Program-made: the position numbers and the translations under genes
Virus record (IMG/VR): IMGVR_UViG_3300045988_059318
Coordinates: 1-28,871 of that record
DNA length: 28,871 bases
Origin: a virus
Reading direction: 5' to 3' (one strand)
The notes under the pieces: generated by a model
Database searches by the model: none
What the model was told of the DNA's origin: nothing
Seen by the model: only the letters and a program-made list of their open reading frames with translations
Shown: positions 15,049-23,392 of the stretch, in pieces
Layout: the number at the start of each line of letters is the position of its first letter
How positions within the stretch are numbered: position 1 is the first letter of the stretch

Positions 15049-16826
15049 TGCTGGCAGAAGACACTATTACCCTTGTGGGGTTGCAGGGTCATGAACTCCG
15101 CACGCTCAGCCCACGCGCGGAATGGACGTTTGATCAGCGTTCCGACTCGACTAATCAGCTCACCGTCACTGTTGGCACGAATGAAGCAACCGACGTTGTT
15201 GGGGACATGGAACTATTATTCCAGCACCGTCGATTTGTCATTAACGAAGTGAATCGCACGCGCGATAATGAGACGTGTGAGATTGTCGCGGATGAAGCGC
15301 AGGCTGAAATGGCTTCAATCGAGGTTGAGTCATTCCAAGTTGAAAAGGCGAAGTTGAGCGCGGCAGTCACGCAATTGCTTTCCAACACGCTTTGGACGGT
15401 TGGAACGATTGAGGATGACACGCGTACGATTTACGCCGATCTTCAAGGCAAAAAGGTCACGGAATTGTTGACGTGGTTGGCTAATCAGTCTAACCAAGTA
15501 TTGTCTTTCGATTCCGCCCAGCGTAAAGTCTCATTCGTTAAACGGGATATGACACCTTCCGGTGTCGTGTTCAACTATGACGTGAACATGGCGAACATTA
15601 AGAAGACTGAGACGCCGCCGACCTGCACCGTCCTGCACCCTATCGGCGCCAACGGGCTGACTGTGGCAAACGTGAATCATGGCAGTGAATTGGTGGAAGA
15701 TTTCGGCTGGTACACGTCACTCGGCATGAGTGAGAATGAGGCACGTGCTCGATTCACGAAACGGCAGGAATGGCAGGACGAACGTTACACCGTCGTGCAG
15801 AATCTACTAGATGACGCGAGGAAGAAACTCTCCGTGTCCGCCTACCCAACGCTATCTTACGATTTGACAGCTGTTGACGATATCAGCGATTTACGTTTAG
15901 GCCAGCAAGCATATGTTTGGGATAATGTGCTTGACGTGCGCGTGTTGACAACGGTTAGTGTTATCCACACGTCCAGCGTGCACGATGACGATAGTGTGAC
16001 ATTGGATTACGTGCCACCATCGTTCACCATTGCGACCGATGATACTACCGGAGATACGACGTCCACGACGGAGGCTACCGTATTCCAAGCATTCAACGAC
16101 ACGGAATATACGCTAGGTGATACGGCCACACGCGTACTACCCTTGAGCATCAATGTCTACTCGGATACTATGCTTGAGTGTAATCTATGTCTCACTGTTA
16201 AAACCACGACGGCGGGACTGCTCGAAGGATATTTCCTTTTGAACGGTGAAAAGGCTGGGCCGCGTATCATGCAGACATGCGCGGAAGGGTATGTCACTAT
16301 CGGCCTTCCGTTCTTGATCACGAACGTGAGCAGTAACGACCAGACAACGCTTGACTTGTATCTGAAGCATGGTGGTGCTGGTAGTCTCGCTATCAATGAC
16401 GCGCAAATCTATATCAGTGCTAAGGGCGCGTATGGTGGTATCACTAACGAACGTCCTGACAGGCGCGTGGTTGACGCTGTGGAACGTTTTAAACGCGAAT
16501 GGCGTAACGTTGAGGATACGACGTCTATCATGTTCCCGGAACGCAACGACACTACTGTTGCTGAAACTGTGGAACGGTTCAAGACGGAATGGCGTGAAAC
16601 TGAAGACGTTGTTAATCCGATTGTGTGGCTTGAGGATAAGACGCTCACAATCACTAACGCCGAGGATGATACCGTGTTTACGCTTATCCTGCCGGACAAG
16701 AGTCAACATGAAATGCCTGCTGTTGTTGACGGGTCTACCACGTTTGACTTGAGTACGCTTGGTTTGACTGGTTCGACTAAAATTATAGTAAAGGAACTTG
16801 ACGTGAGTGTCACGGTGACGCTTTGA
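15045..16826 (+). CDS. Tail-associated protein (Tal-like) with a C-terminal extension
   Basis: Follows Dit with an ATGA overlap. ATG 15045 is preferred over track start 15009. The C-terminal part contains a 29-aa tandem repeat. Confidence 0.55.
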   Translation: MMLAEDTITLVGLQGHELRTLSPRAEWTFDQRSDSTNQLTVTVGTNEATDVVGDMELLFQHRRFVINEVNRTRDNETCEIVADEAQAEMASIEVESFQVEKAKLSAAVTQLLSNTLWTVGTIEDDTRTIYADLQGKKVTELLTWLANQSNQVLSFDSAQRKVSFVKRDMTPSGVVFNYDVNMANIKKTETPPTCTVLHPIGANGLTVANVNHGSELVEDFGWYTSLGMSENEARARFTKRQEWQDERYTVVQNLLDDARKKLSVSAYPTLSYDLTAVDDISDLRLGQQAYVWDNVLDVRVLTTVSVIHTSSVHDDDSVTLDYVPPSFTIATDDTTGDTTSTTEATVFQAFNDTEYTLGDTATRVLPLSINVYSDTMLECNLCLTVKTTTAGLLEGYFLLNGEKAGPRIMQTCAEGYVTIGLPFLITNVSSNDQTTLDLYLKHGGAGSLAINDAQIYISAKGAYGGITNERPDRRVVDAVERFKREWRNVEDTTSIMFPERNDTTVAETVERFKTEWRETEDVVNPIVWLEDKTLTITNAEDDTVFTLILPDKSQHEMPAVVDGSTTFDLSTLGLTGSTKIIVKELDVSVTVTL

Positions 16827-18040
16827 AAGTGAGAGGAAATATTTTGAACGAGTCAGTGGAACGGTTGAATATCATGCCGCACGTGAAAGGTCACGTGGCC
16901 GTGGATGTGATGGAGGACGAGCGGATTGTAGACCATGCGGAGCATGATAATTATGTTAGCCCGTTCGTCTATAACGCGTTACGCAAGTATGTCAACGCGC
17001 AATTCATGATGTTGCATGATGGAACGAAATTGTATCAGAATGGTTCTGATTTTCCACAGTGTGCGCTTAATAGCGCGTTTATCCTGACCGACTACGCGGG
17101 GCCTGTAAACACTCGGGAACGTGTGATTCACGGCACTCCACTGAGTTACGGCTTTCATCAGTACGTGTCGAATAATGCTAACGAGTGTAGCTTCAACCAA
17201 GACGAATCATATCGCAAGGCGAACTCGTTGCGTTTCGTGTTTGATTTTTCAACCTCGCAAGGGAACGGCACTTTCCAAAGTATTTATAGTGGCCCCTCCA
17301 CGAATAATCCAGCCTATAAGGCTGGATACGAACTTTTGACAGGTTATAATGTTCGTTGGACAGTGACTTACTGTGATGGAAAAATTTATACTCCGGACAC
17401 TGATAGACTTATCGCCTTCACGGTTGATGATTGGATTACACGACTTAACGGTGATACGTGGAATAGTCAAACCGTGCAAGTCCCTAACGCCGGATTAAAC
17501 AACAGGACATCTTTAACCGCGTATAATCATTCCATTTATTGGGCTAACAGGCAGTCTATTTACAGTGCGCCGGTGTCTGACCTGACTGACGTGACAACAC
17601 ATAATATCGGAGATTATTGTCAATCGATTTCTTACTCCGCAATTCGTGACTCGTTTTTCATCCTCTTCCAAAATGAGGTCAGGGAGTATTCGACTTCTTT
17701 TCAGCTTAAGAAAACTTTCACCGGCGATTATGGTTATTATATTTCTGCCATGCCGGAGGAAAACAGTGTCCTGCTCGATAATCGCGTATATGAGGTTGAC
17801 GATAATGCTAACACGTTGAAACCATGCGCACGATGGGAGTCCCTCTCACCGTTTGACTGCATGACGTTCATAGGCGATTTCGCTCTAGCCTATGGCGGCG
17901 AGTACGCGTTTACCGGGCTGTACTTGGGTTCGCAGTATTTCAGTCGTGCCCGACTCGATAAGCCCGTAACCAAAAATAGTAGGCAGACTATGAAAATCAC
18001 GTATGATTTCAACCTGCCCCCGATTGATTGGGAGCATTGA
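16823..18040 (+). CDS. Putative receptor-binding / baseplate protein
   Basis: This is the last structural ORF before the lysis genes. I recognise no motif, and the start is uncertain (TTG 16823 or ATG 16874). Confidence 0.4.
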   Translation: MKVRGNILNESVERLNIMPHVKGHVAVDVMEDERIVDHAEHDNYVSPFVYNALRKYVNAQFMMLHDGTKLYQNGSDFPQCALNSAFILTDYAGPVNTRERVIHGTPLSYGFHQYVSNNANECSFNQDESYRKANSLRFVFDFSTSQGNGTFQSIYSGPSTNNPAYKAGYELLTGYNVRWTVTYCDGKIYTPDTDRLIAFTVDDWITRLNGDTWNSQTVQVPNAGLNNRTSLTAYNHSIYWANRQSIYSAPVSDLTDVTTHNIGDYCQSISYSAIRDSFFILFQNEVREYSTSFQLKKTFTGDYGYYISAMPEENSVLLDNRVYEVDDNANTLKPCARWESLSPFDCMTFIGDFALAYGGEYAFTGLYLGSQYFSRARLDKPVTKNSRQTMKITYDFNLPPIDWEH

Positions 18041-18339
18041 TGGAGACGGCATTATTGTGCGCCATCCTCGGCAGTCAGACGGTGACTATTCTCGTGCAAT
18101 GGGTGTTGAGCAAAATCGATGCGAAACGCAACCCATTACGCGAGGGTGTGAAAGAACTCTTGTTCTGCAAACTGAAACAGTTTGACGAACAACGGGAGCA
18201 TAACGGGTTCGTGCCCATCGCGGACAAGGAAACTGTTGAACGCGTCTACACCGCCTACCATGCTTTAGGTGGTAATGGTGTGGGCACTGAGATAACTAAC
18301 AAGATTCGTACTTGCGCAAGCAGTAGGGAGGGAAAATGA
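18040..18339 (+). CDS. Single-pass membrane protein, putative holin or lysis accessory protein
   Basis: An N-terminal hydrophobic helix (METALLCAILGSQTVTILVQWVL) is followed by a charged region. It lies directly upstream of the endolysin and overlaps it. Confidence 0.45.
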   Translation: METALLCAILGSQTVTILVQWVLSKIDAKRNPLREGVKELLFCKLKQFDEQREHNGFVPIADKETVERVYTAYHALGGNGVGTEITNKIRTCASSREGK

Positions 18340-19574
18340 AACAAAAGCCGAAACATAAGCGGTTTAAGCGGAGCATGGTCAGGCCGGTTACCGGTTTGGC
18401 GTTGAGTGCGACTATTATGCTTTCGCCTAGCGTGGCGTTGGCGAACATGAATGGAGTGGACGTGAGCGGATGGCAACCCGCGAACATCACGCGCACCATT
18501 CCGGCTGATTTCGCTATCGTCAAGGCAACCGAGGGTGTGGACTTCACTAACACTTCGTGGGTTAGCCAGATTACTGGCGCTATCGAAACCGGGAAGATTC
18601 ATGGGTTGTACCATTATGCGAATGGTGGCAGTGCAGGTGCGGAAGCCGACTACTTCGTTAACACGGTAGGCTCTTATGTTGGTCGTTCTATGCTTGTATT
18701 GGATTGGGAGAGTTACCGTAATGTCTCGTGGGGGAATGGTAATTGGGTGCGTCAGTGGGTTAATCGCGTGCATGACCGGACTAGTGTCTGGCCTGTGGTT
18801 TATGTGCAAGCTTCTGCCGTGTGGCAGATTCCGCAGGACGTGCGCCAACATTGCATGCTGTGGAAGGCACAGTATGCGAGCAATGCCGTCACTGGCTATC
18901 AGTCTCAGCCGTGGAATGCTGGCAGTGCAGGTGAGGGTATGTTGCAATACACGTCTCACGGTATGTTGAGTGGCTATAATGGTTTTCTTGACCTTGACTT
19001 GTTCTTCGGGGATAAGACCGCGTGGGGGCGTATTGCCTGTGGTGAGCGTAGTGGGTGTGTGCCTAATTCGTTTGCTAATACTGGCACCACTACCACGGTG
19101 AAGCATGATACGCCGAACACTACGTCTAATGGTGATGTGAATCAGATGGCGAACGACGTTATCGCGGGCAGATACGGTAATGGCGCGACACGCAAGGCTT
19201 TGCTGGGCGGTTATTATGATTCGGTTATGAGGATTGTTAATAATCGTCTTGGATGTGGTACGTCTCAATCGTCTGCGCAATGCGTTTACGTCCAGTCTGG
19301 TGACACGTTGAGTTCGATTGCATCACGCTATGGTGGTAGTTGGACTGAGTGGACGGGCTACCGTTCCGGCAATCCGAACATCATTTATGCGGGTGAGCGT
19401 GTATGCCGTCGAGGGACTAACGTTTCCACCGGTGGAGCACGTCGTTACACTGTCCGGTCTGGTGACACGTTGAGCGGTATCGCGGCGCGATATAAGATTA
19501 ATATGAGTCAGATTAAGGGTTATCGTTCAGGCAATCCTAACGTGATTTATCCGGGCGAAACCTTGTACTGGTGA
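18336..19574 (+). CDS. Endolysin: signal peptide + GH25 muramidase + two LysM domains
   Basis: The N-terminus is MKQKPKHKRFKRSMVRPVTGLALSATIMLSPSVALA. The GH25 motif is GVDVSGWQ...AIVKATEG...GLYHYA. The LysM repeats are YVQSGDTLSSIASRYG... and YTVRSGDTLSGIAARYK... Confidence 0.85.
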   Translation: MKQKPKHKRFKRSMVRPVTGLALSATIMLSPSVALANMNGVDVSGWQPANITRTIPADFAIVKATEGVDFTNTSWVSQITGAIETGKIHGLYHYANGGSAGAEADYFVNTVGSYVGRSMLVLDWESYRNVSWGNGNWVRQWVNRVHDRTSVWPVVYVQASAVWQIPQDVRQHCMLWKAQYASNAVTGYQSQPWNAGSAGEGMLQYTSHGMLSGYNGFLDLDLFFGDKTAWGRIACGERSGCVPNSFANTGTTTTVKHDTPNTTSNGDVNQMANDVIAGRYGNGATRKALLGGYYDSVMRIVNNRLGCGTSQSSAQCVYVQSGDTLSSIASRYGGSWTEWTGYRSGNPNIIYAGERVCRRGTNVSTGGARRYTVRSGDTLSGIAARYKINMSQIKGYRSGNPNVIYPGETLYW

Positions 19575-19586
19575 TTGGAGTAAATT

Positions 19587-19886
19587 ATGGATATTACTCA
19601 GGCTGAGACTATCGCGGTTGCTATCGTCGGTTTGGTTGCTCCCGTGTTCGTGCAGGTTGTTAAACCTGTTCTGCCGGATAACATGACCGCCTTGTTTAGT
19701 CTCGCGGTCAGTGTCGTGCTGGGTATGTTGGCTATCGCGGCTGTGGGCGGGTTCAACCACGGTTATACGTGGAGTGTACTGCTTGTTGCCGTGATTGGTG
19801 TGTCGCAGACGGTTTACACTGTTGTCAATCAGGTGATGGGCGGCAAGCTTGGCAAAATGTTTGTTGACGAAAATACGTTGGCCTAG
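19587..19886 (+). CDS. Holin (multi-pass membrane protein)
   Basis: The product is 99 aa with three hydrophobic segments (IAVAIVGLVAPVFVQVV, LFSLAVSVVLGMLAIAAVGG, VLLVAVIGVSQTVYTVV). It lies next to the endolysin. Confidence 0.65.
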   Translation: MDITQAETIAVAIVGLVAPVFVQVVKPVLPDNMTALFSLAVSVVLGMLAIAAVGGFNHGYTWSVLLVAVIGVSQTVYTVVNQVMGGKLGKMFVDENTLA

Positions 19887-19892
19887 TATAAT
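19864..19892 (+). promoter_or_regulatory. Near-consensus sigma-70 promoter TTGACG-N17-TATAAT inside the last codons of the holin gene
   Basis: TTGACG lies at 19864-19869, followed by an exact 17-nt spacer and TATAAT at 19887-19892. Confidence 0.45.
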
Positions 19893-19896
19893 GTGG

Positions 19897-19984
19897 AGTG
19901 CTGAAAGTTTTGGCGATTGACTTTTAGTGCTGTCATTGATAAGCCGCACGGTTTTCTTTCACCGTGCGGCTTCTCCTTTTTTTT
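19897..19984 (+). ncRNA. Candidate small RNA (~85 nt): 12-bp G.U-containing hairpin plus terminator hairpin
   Basis: It lies downstream of the orphan promoter. Arms 19897-19908 and 19920-19931 pair with three G.U wobbles, which are valid only in the plus-strand RNA. The terminator at 19941-19984 follows. Confidence 0.35.
19941..19984 (+). terminator. Strong terminator at the convergence of the two arms
   Basis: AAGCCGCACGGT-tttctttc-ACCGTGCGGCTT is followed by CTCC and T8. The T-tract exists only for the plus strand. On the minus strand the same hairpin follows the HNH stop without a U-tract. Confidence 0.8.
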
Positions 19985-20324
19985 AAATGTCTTTCAAACC
20001 GTCCCACGTTTGCACTGGGATGCTTTCGGGTCGTGCGAACCCTGAAACGATTAATCCCAGTCGTTCGGCTTCTTTCACGTTCTCGTGTACCCAACCGTGG
20101 CAACCGGTGGTGCCTGACCCGCAGAGGGTTATGAGGTTCGAACTGGAATGCATTCCAGCATAGGGGTGCGAGCGTAAGCGCCGGTGGTGGATGGAGTAGC
20201 CGAAGGGCGTGTATCTTATGTCCCGTCCGCATCTTACGCACCGGTAGTGGTCACGTTCCAACACGAGTTGGCGGGTTTCTTCGGTCGGGTTTTTCTCTTT
20301 TGGTTTGCCTTCTTTCGCTAGCAT
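19983..20324 (-). CDS. HNH endonuclease
   Basis: The HNH/zinc pattern is RDHYRCVRCG...SIHHRRLRS...SNLITLCGSGTTGCHGWVHEN. ATG 20324 forms a TAATG overlap with the upstream gene. Confidence 0.8.
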   Translation of the reverse strand: MLAKEGKPKEKNPTEETRQLVLERDHYRCVRCGRDIRYTPFGYSIHHRRLRSHPYAGMHSSSNLITLCGSGTTGCHGWVHENVKEAERLGLIVSGFARPESIPVQTWDGLKDI

Positions 20325-20530
20325 TATTTCTCCGATTGCTCCACGCAAAATTCTGCTAATTGCGTGAGTGCAAACCCCAGCATGGCGTAGCTGTTCTTGC
20401 TGAGGGTTTCGGCGGTGCCGATCGTGTAGGTTTGTTTTTCCTTATTGGTGGTGTAGCGGAGTTTTTCTTCCACCATTGAGTCGGCTAGTTCAACGCTGAC
20501 ATGCATAATAAATTCTGGCATGTTTTTCAT
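20324..20530 (-). CDS. Hypothetical protein (68 aa)
   Basis: An operon ORF preceded by GGGAGGAAACAAA. It is coupled to both neighbours. Confidence 0.5.
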   Translation of the reverse strand: MKNMPEFIMHVSVELADSMVEEKLRYTTNKEKQTYTIGTAETLSKNSYAMLGFALTQLAEFCVEQSEK

Positions 20531-20688
20531 TTTGTTTCCTCCCTTGGTTGGAATGATGCGACTTGTTCGCCTTCGTCATCAAAAATTGTTGCGACGACTC
20601 CGTTTTCCACTGTTTTTCTTGCCGTGGCCACGGCTTGACTGAATGTGGCGCATACATAATCGACGCCGTTGAATCTTACTACATACAT
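20527..20688 (-). CDS. Hypothetical small protein (53 aa), not in the ORF track
   Basis: Translated by hand as MYVVRFNGVDYVCATFSQAVATARKTVENGVVATIFDDEGEQVASFQPREETK. The start lies 24 nt after GC hairpin A, the same geometry as the other hairpin-preceded genes. Confidence 0.5.
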   Translation of the reverse strand: MYVVRFNGVDYVCATFSQAVATARKTVENGVVATIFDDEGEQVASFQPREETK

Positions 20689-20711
20689 GTTTTATTTCTT
20701 TCATTAGTGGT

Positions 20712-20733
20712 GCCCCGCCCGCAAGGGCGGGGC
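20712..20733 (-). repeat. GC hairpin copy A: GCCCCGCCC-loop-GGGCGGGGC
   Basis: A 9-bp perfect stem with a 4-nt loop (TTGC in the sense orientation, inverted relative to copies B, C and E). It lies 8 nt after the stop of 20742-20978 and 24 nt before ATG 20688. Confidence 0.9.
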
Positions 20734-20741
20734 GGGTGGTG

Positions 20742-20978
20742 TCAGTCGCAGAGTTCTTCAATCTGTGCTTCATATGTGGTGTCATAGCTGGTTTCATGGA
20801 ACTTGTTGACACGCCCGAACGTGAAACCGTATTTGCGTTCACATTTGCGACGTATTGAACGGAGAATGTTCTTTGTTTCCACCGCTTCACTGTGGAACGT
20901 GTAGAAGGCGTCAAGTTTCGGGATGTCGATGGTTTGTTTTCCGTCGAAGTAGCTGATGTTGATTGTTGCGGTGTTCAT
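20742..20978 (-). CDS. Cassette ORF S1 (78 aa), paralog of 25203-25451
   Basis: Driven by leader L1. It shares MNTA.I, Y.FHSEAVE.KN, GFTFGRV and YEAQI/YEAEI with S4. Confidence 0.65.
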   Translation of the reverse strand: MNTATINISYFDGKQTIDIPKLDAFYTFHSEAVETKNILRSIRRKCERKYGFTFGRVNKFHETSYDTTYEAQIEELCD

Positions 20979-21045
20979 TTTGATTTGTCCTTCCTTGTTT
21001 GGTTGATAGTTTTATAATACATCACTATTGAGTGCGACACGCCGA
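20976..21045 (-). promoter_or_regulatory. Conserved leader L1 (promoter-like element, RBS and start codon)
   Basis: In the sense orientation it reads TCGGCGTGTCGCACTCAATAGTGATGTATTATAAAACTATCAACCAAACAAGGAAGGACAAATCAAAATG. It is 70 nt from ATG to motif end, as in L2. Confidence 0.6.
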
Positions 21046-21308
21046 CGTTCGACAAACACACCCCAACACATCGGATACTTCAATGGCACCAACCGGGACA
21101 CGCGATAATCAGCGCCATAACGCACTTCAGCAAGCCGAGCAATAACCGCGTGCGCTCTCTCCCTTGCTTCGGCAACCCGCTTATCATAGCCACGTTTGCG
21201 TTTCTCCCAACCGTTGCTAGTCCTCTCATACACCTCCCATACGACACCGTTTTCCGAATAATGAGACTGCGCACGATAGTCGTAAGCGTCAACGTTCCTA
21301 TATTTCAC
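21012..21308 (-). CDS. Hypothetical protein (98 aa)
   Basis: The start is GTG, preceded by GGGGGA. The 3' end runs through the L1 motif. Confidence 0.5.
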   Translation of the reverse strand: MKYRNVDAYDYRAQSHYSENGVVWEVYERTSNGWEKRKRGYDKRVAEARERAHAVIARLAEVRYGADYRVSRLVPLKYPMCWGVFVERRRVALNSDVL

Positions 21309-21320
21309 CGTATCCCCCTT

Positions 21321-21683
21321 TTAGTACATTTCAGCGATGTGTCGAGTGAACGCGCATACGCTGACTGCAGTCAGATAGCCACGTAATCCCGTCTTCCTAG
21401 CCATGAGAACCCAGACTGGGAAAGTGATGAAGGGTGCGAGACACCAACCGCACACGGCAAGATTCTTCAAGCTTTTCGCCTGTGCCTTTTTTCCTACCGC
21501 CACACAGTGTTTGCGGTTATCGTCCGTGGATTGCGTGAATTGTTCGTAATGGTCGGCTACTTTGTCGCACGCCATTTTCCAGCTTTCACGCATGATTCTT
21601 AATTTCAGTCCGTACCCGTCCGTGAGCTGGGCGCAAGTGTTGAGGTATCCGGCGACTAGTCCGGCCTGTACTGCTTTGTTCAT
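21321..21683 (-). CDS. Hypothetical membrane protein (120 aa)
   Basis: ATG 21683 forms an ATGA overlap with the upstream mini-ORF. There is a C-terminal hydrophobic segment (VCGWCLAPFITFPVWVLMA). Confidence 0.5.
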   Translation of the reverse strand: MNKAVQAGLVAGYLNTCAQLTDGYGLKLRIMRESWKMACDKVADHYEQFTQSTDDNRKHCVAVGKKAQAKSLKNLAVCGWCLAPFITFPVWVLMARKTGLRGYLTAVSVCAFTRHIAEMY

Positions 21684-21826
21684 TTCTTCGCTCCTTTGCG
21701 GTAGGTGTAGAGCGCCGCCAACATGCACGCGACACCGATAATATTAATGAAGTTCATGTTTTCGTTCGCAGATAGCACGATCCCGAAGAGAAAGAGTATT
21801 GTCACGAATCCGTCGTTTTTATTCAT
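21680..21826 (-). CDS. Small membrane protein (48 aa), not in the ORF track
   Basis: Translated by hand as MNKNDGFVTILFLFGIVLSANENMNFINIIGVACMLAALYTYRKGAKK. The start lies 24 nt after GC hairpin B. Confidence 0.45.
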   Translation of the reverse strand: MNKNDGFVTILFLFGIVLSANENMNFINIIGVACMLAALYTYRKGAKK

Positions 21827-21849
21827 TGTAGATTCCTTTCATTGGTGGT

Positions 21850-21871
21850 GCCCCGCCCTTGCGGGCGGGGC
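21850..21871 (-). repeat. GC hairpin copy B
   Basis: GCCCCGCCC-GCAA-GGGCGGGGC in the sense orientation. It lies 18 nt after the stop of S2 and 24 nt before ATG 21826. Confidence 0.9.
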
Positions 21872-21889
21872 GTCGATATTTTGACAAGC

Positions 21890-22114
21890 TTAAAAACCGT
21901 ATGCGCATTCGGCTTCGGAGAGCTCTTCCATGTGCTGTTCAATTCGATGCATCGGGTTAACATTTGAGATTATCAGGTAGTTGTATATTTTAGAAATATT
22001 GCCTGTGGACATTGCCGTGTGCGCGTAGTGTTCCCACAGACTGTTAGCGAGTGGATTATCAACATTGTTGAAATCGACGTGATGTGTAATGTTTTCGAGG
22101 TAAACGTATGACAT
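21890..22114 (-). CDS. Cassette ORF S2 (74 aa)
   Basis: ATG 22114 is placed by leader L2 (AAGGAAGGACAAAACAAAATG). The track start at 22201 would read through the leader. Confidence 0.6.
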   Translation of the reverse strand: MSYVYLENITHHVDFNNVDNPLANSLWEHYAHTAMSTGNISKIYNYLIISNVNPMHRIEQHMEELSEAECAYGF

Positions 22115-22181
22115 TTTGTTTTGTCCTTCCTTGTTTGGTTGATAATTACATAATACACTACTTGCGGACACGACACGCCGA
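22112..22181 (-). promoter_or_regulatory. Conserved leader L2
   Basis: In the sense orientation it reads TCGGCGTGTCGTGTCCGCAAGTAGTGTATTATGTAATTATCAACCAAACAAGGAAGGACAAAACAAAATG. It follows a terminator directly. Confidence 0.6.
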
Positions 22182-22224
22182 AAATAAAAAAAGGGAACCA
22201 ACGAAATTGCTTCGTAGATTCCCT
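22181..22224 (-). terminator. Rho-independent terminator on the minus strand
   Basis: In the sense orientation it reads AGGGAATCTACGAA-gcaa-TTTCGTTGGTTCCCT followed by TTTTTTTATTTT. It lies 4 nt after the stop of 22229-22507 and abuts the L2 motif. Confidence 0.7.
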
Positions 22225-22228
22225 AATC

Positions 22229-22507
22229 TCAACGACTGCAATACGCTAAGCACTGCACCTCAAGCGCATCCACATGGCGATAACACACCCCGTCGAACAC
22301 GAAAAAAGGCGCGCTAGAATACTTGTGAGACTTGCGCAGTGTCCAGTAACGGCTATTCCCCGGCTGAACGACCATGAGTGCAATCATAATGCCCGTTTTC
22401 TTCTTGATTCGCACCACCATTTTTCGTAGTTCGTCAATCAACTCACGGTGTTTACATCCAGCGCAATCGTCGAAGACCGCGTAAATGACACGTCGTGAAA
22501 TGCTCAC
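22229..22507 (-). CDS. Thioredoxin-fold / glutaredoxin-like protein
   Basis: VIYAVFDDCAGCKHRELIDEL (strand-CxxC-helix) and APFFVFDG (cis-Pro strand) are present. The GTG start forms a GTGA overlap. Confidence 0.45.
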   Translation of the reverse strand: MSISRRVIYAVFDDCAGCKHRELIDELRKMVVRIKKKTGIMIALMVVQPGNSRYWTLRKSHKYSSAPFFVFDGVCYRHVDALEVQCLAYCSR

Positions 22508-23391
22508 CAGTCTACACCTCCCAGTTTTTGCAGTTCGTCAATGAGAGTTAACGTCTGCAATTCTTTTGTCTCCTGTGCTTCGATTTCACTTGCAACACTC
22601 CGCCGGTCAACCGCGAACACCTCATGTTGCAAACTGCCATACACCCTATCATCGAACATGGTGAAATACACCGTTTGCAAGTCAGGGTTAACGACAAAAT
22701 ACTGCAACACTTGAGCTTGATACTGTTCGGGGATGAAGTCGAACTCTCGACGCGATTCTAGAATCTCCGGGAAGAGTTTGAGCGCCAACGACTGCAATTC
22801 ATCGCGTTGACTATTCGGAGTTTCCGAATCGTTGAGCATCTGGAATACGCGGAATGGAACAACCGTTTGGAGATGGTATTTCGTGCCCAGGCTTTTCGCT
22901 TCGAACGCGAACGTGGGATTATATTCCAGCCCGTTAATGTCGATTTGCGGCTTGGTGTGAGCGTCAGGACTGACCGCAATACGGTCGTCCACGTCACTTA
23001 CCCACATTCCAGTATCGAATTCCACAATGTCAGTGGGAATGTCAAGTTTCTCGCACGCCATCATGATGTTAGTGTTTTCCAAACGGTGGCCGCGCTCCAT
23101 TGGCGGTTCCCCGTCCGGCTGTTCCGCGATCATGTCGGCAAGAAACTGCCAAAAGTCGAGGTTGACTTTCAACCGTTCGTTATCTCGTTTGGCTTGTTCG
23201 GCTTTCACTCTGTATTCTTCGGCCTTTTCTTCGGTCTTTGCCTTGTCTGCCATGGCTTCGAGCTTGGCTACGTCCTTTTGGGCGTAATGTTCGAGCGCGA
23301 GTGTTCCGGCTTTGGTGCCAGTGATTTTGCCAATTCTGGCGTCTAACCATGCTTGCGTGTCCTGTGTTTGCGAAACGTTTAGGATCTTCAT
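22504..23391 (-). CDS. YqaJ-like (lambda Exo-type, PD-(D/E)XK) recombination exonuclease
   Basis: The N-terminus QTQDTQAWLDARIGKITGTKAGTL plus GHRLEN ... SPDAH ... FEAKS gives the catalytic pattern. Confidence 0.75.
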   Translation of the reverse strand: MKILNVSQTQDTQAWLDARIGKITGTKAGTLALEHYAQKDVAKLEAMADKAKTEEKAEEYRVKAEQAKRDNERLKVNLDFWQFLADMIAEQPDGEPPMERGHRLENTNIMMACEKLDIPTDIVEFDTGMWVSDVDDRIAVSPDAHTKPQIDINGLEYNPTFAFEAKSLGTKYHLQTVVPFRVFQMLNDSETPNSQRDELQSLALKLFPEILESRREFDFIPEQYQAQVLQYFVVNPDLQTVYFTMFDDRVYGSLQHEVFAVDRRSVASEIEAQETKELQTLTLIDELQKLGGVDW

Positions 23392-23392
23392 T

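Noticed and set aside
15961-15969. A perfect DnaA-box sequence, TTATCCACA.
   Set aside because: It is a single copy inside the Tal-like coding region with no clustering. One occurrence in about 58 kb of two-strand sequence is plausible by chance.
19983-20324. The HNH endonuclease as a terminase-associated cos-cleavage factor.
   Set aside because: It lies on the opposite strand, at the far end of the early arm, and is not adjacent to the terminase genes. No cos site could be identified, so only the family call is made.
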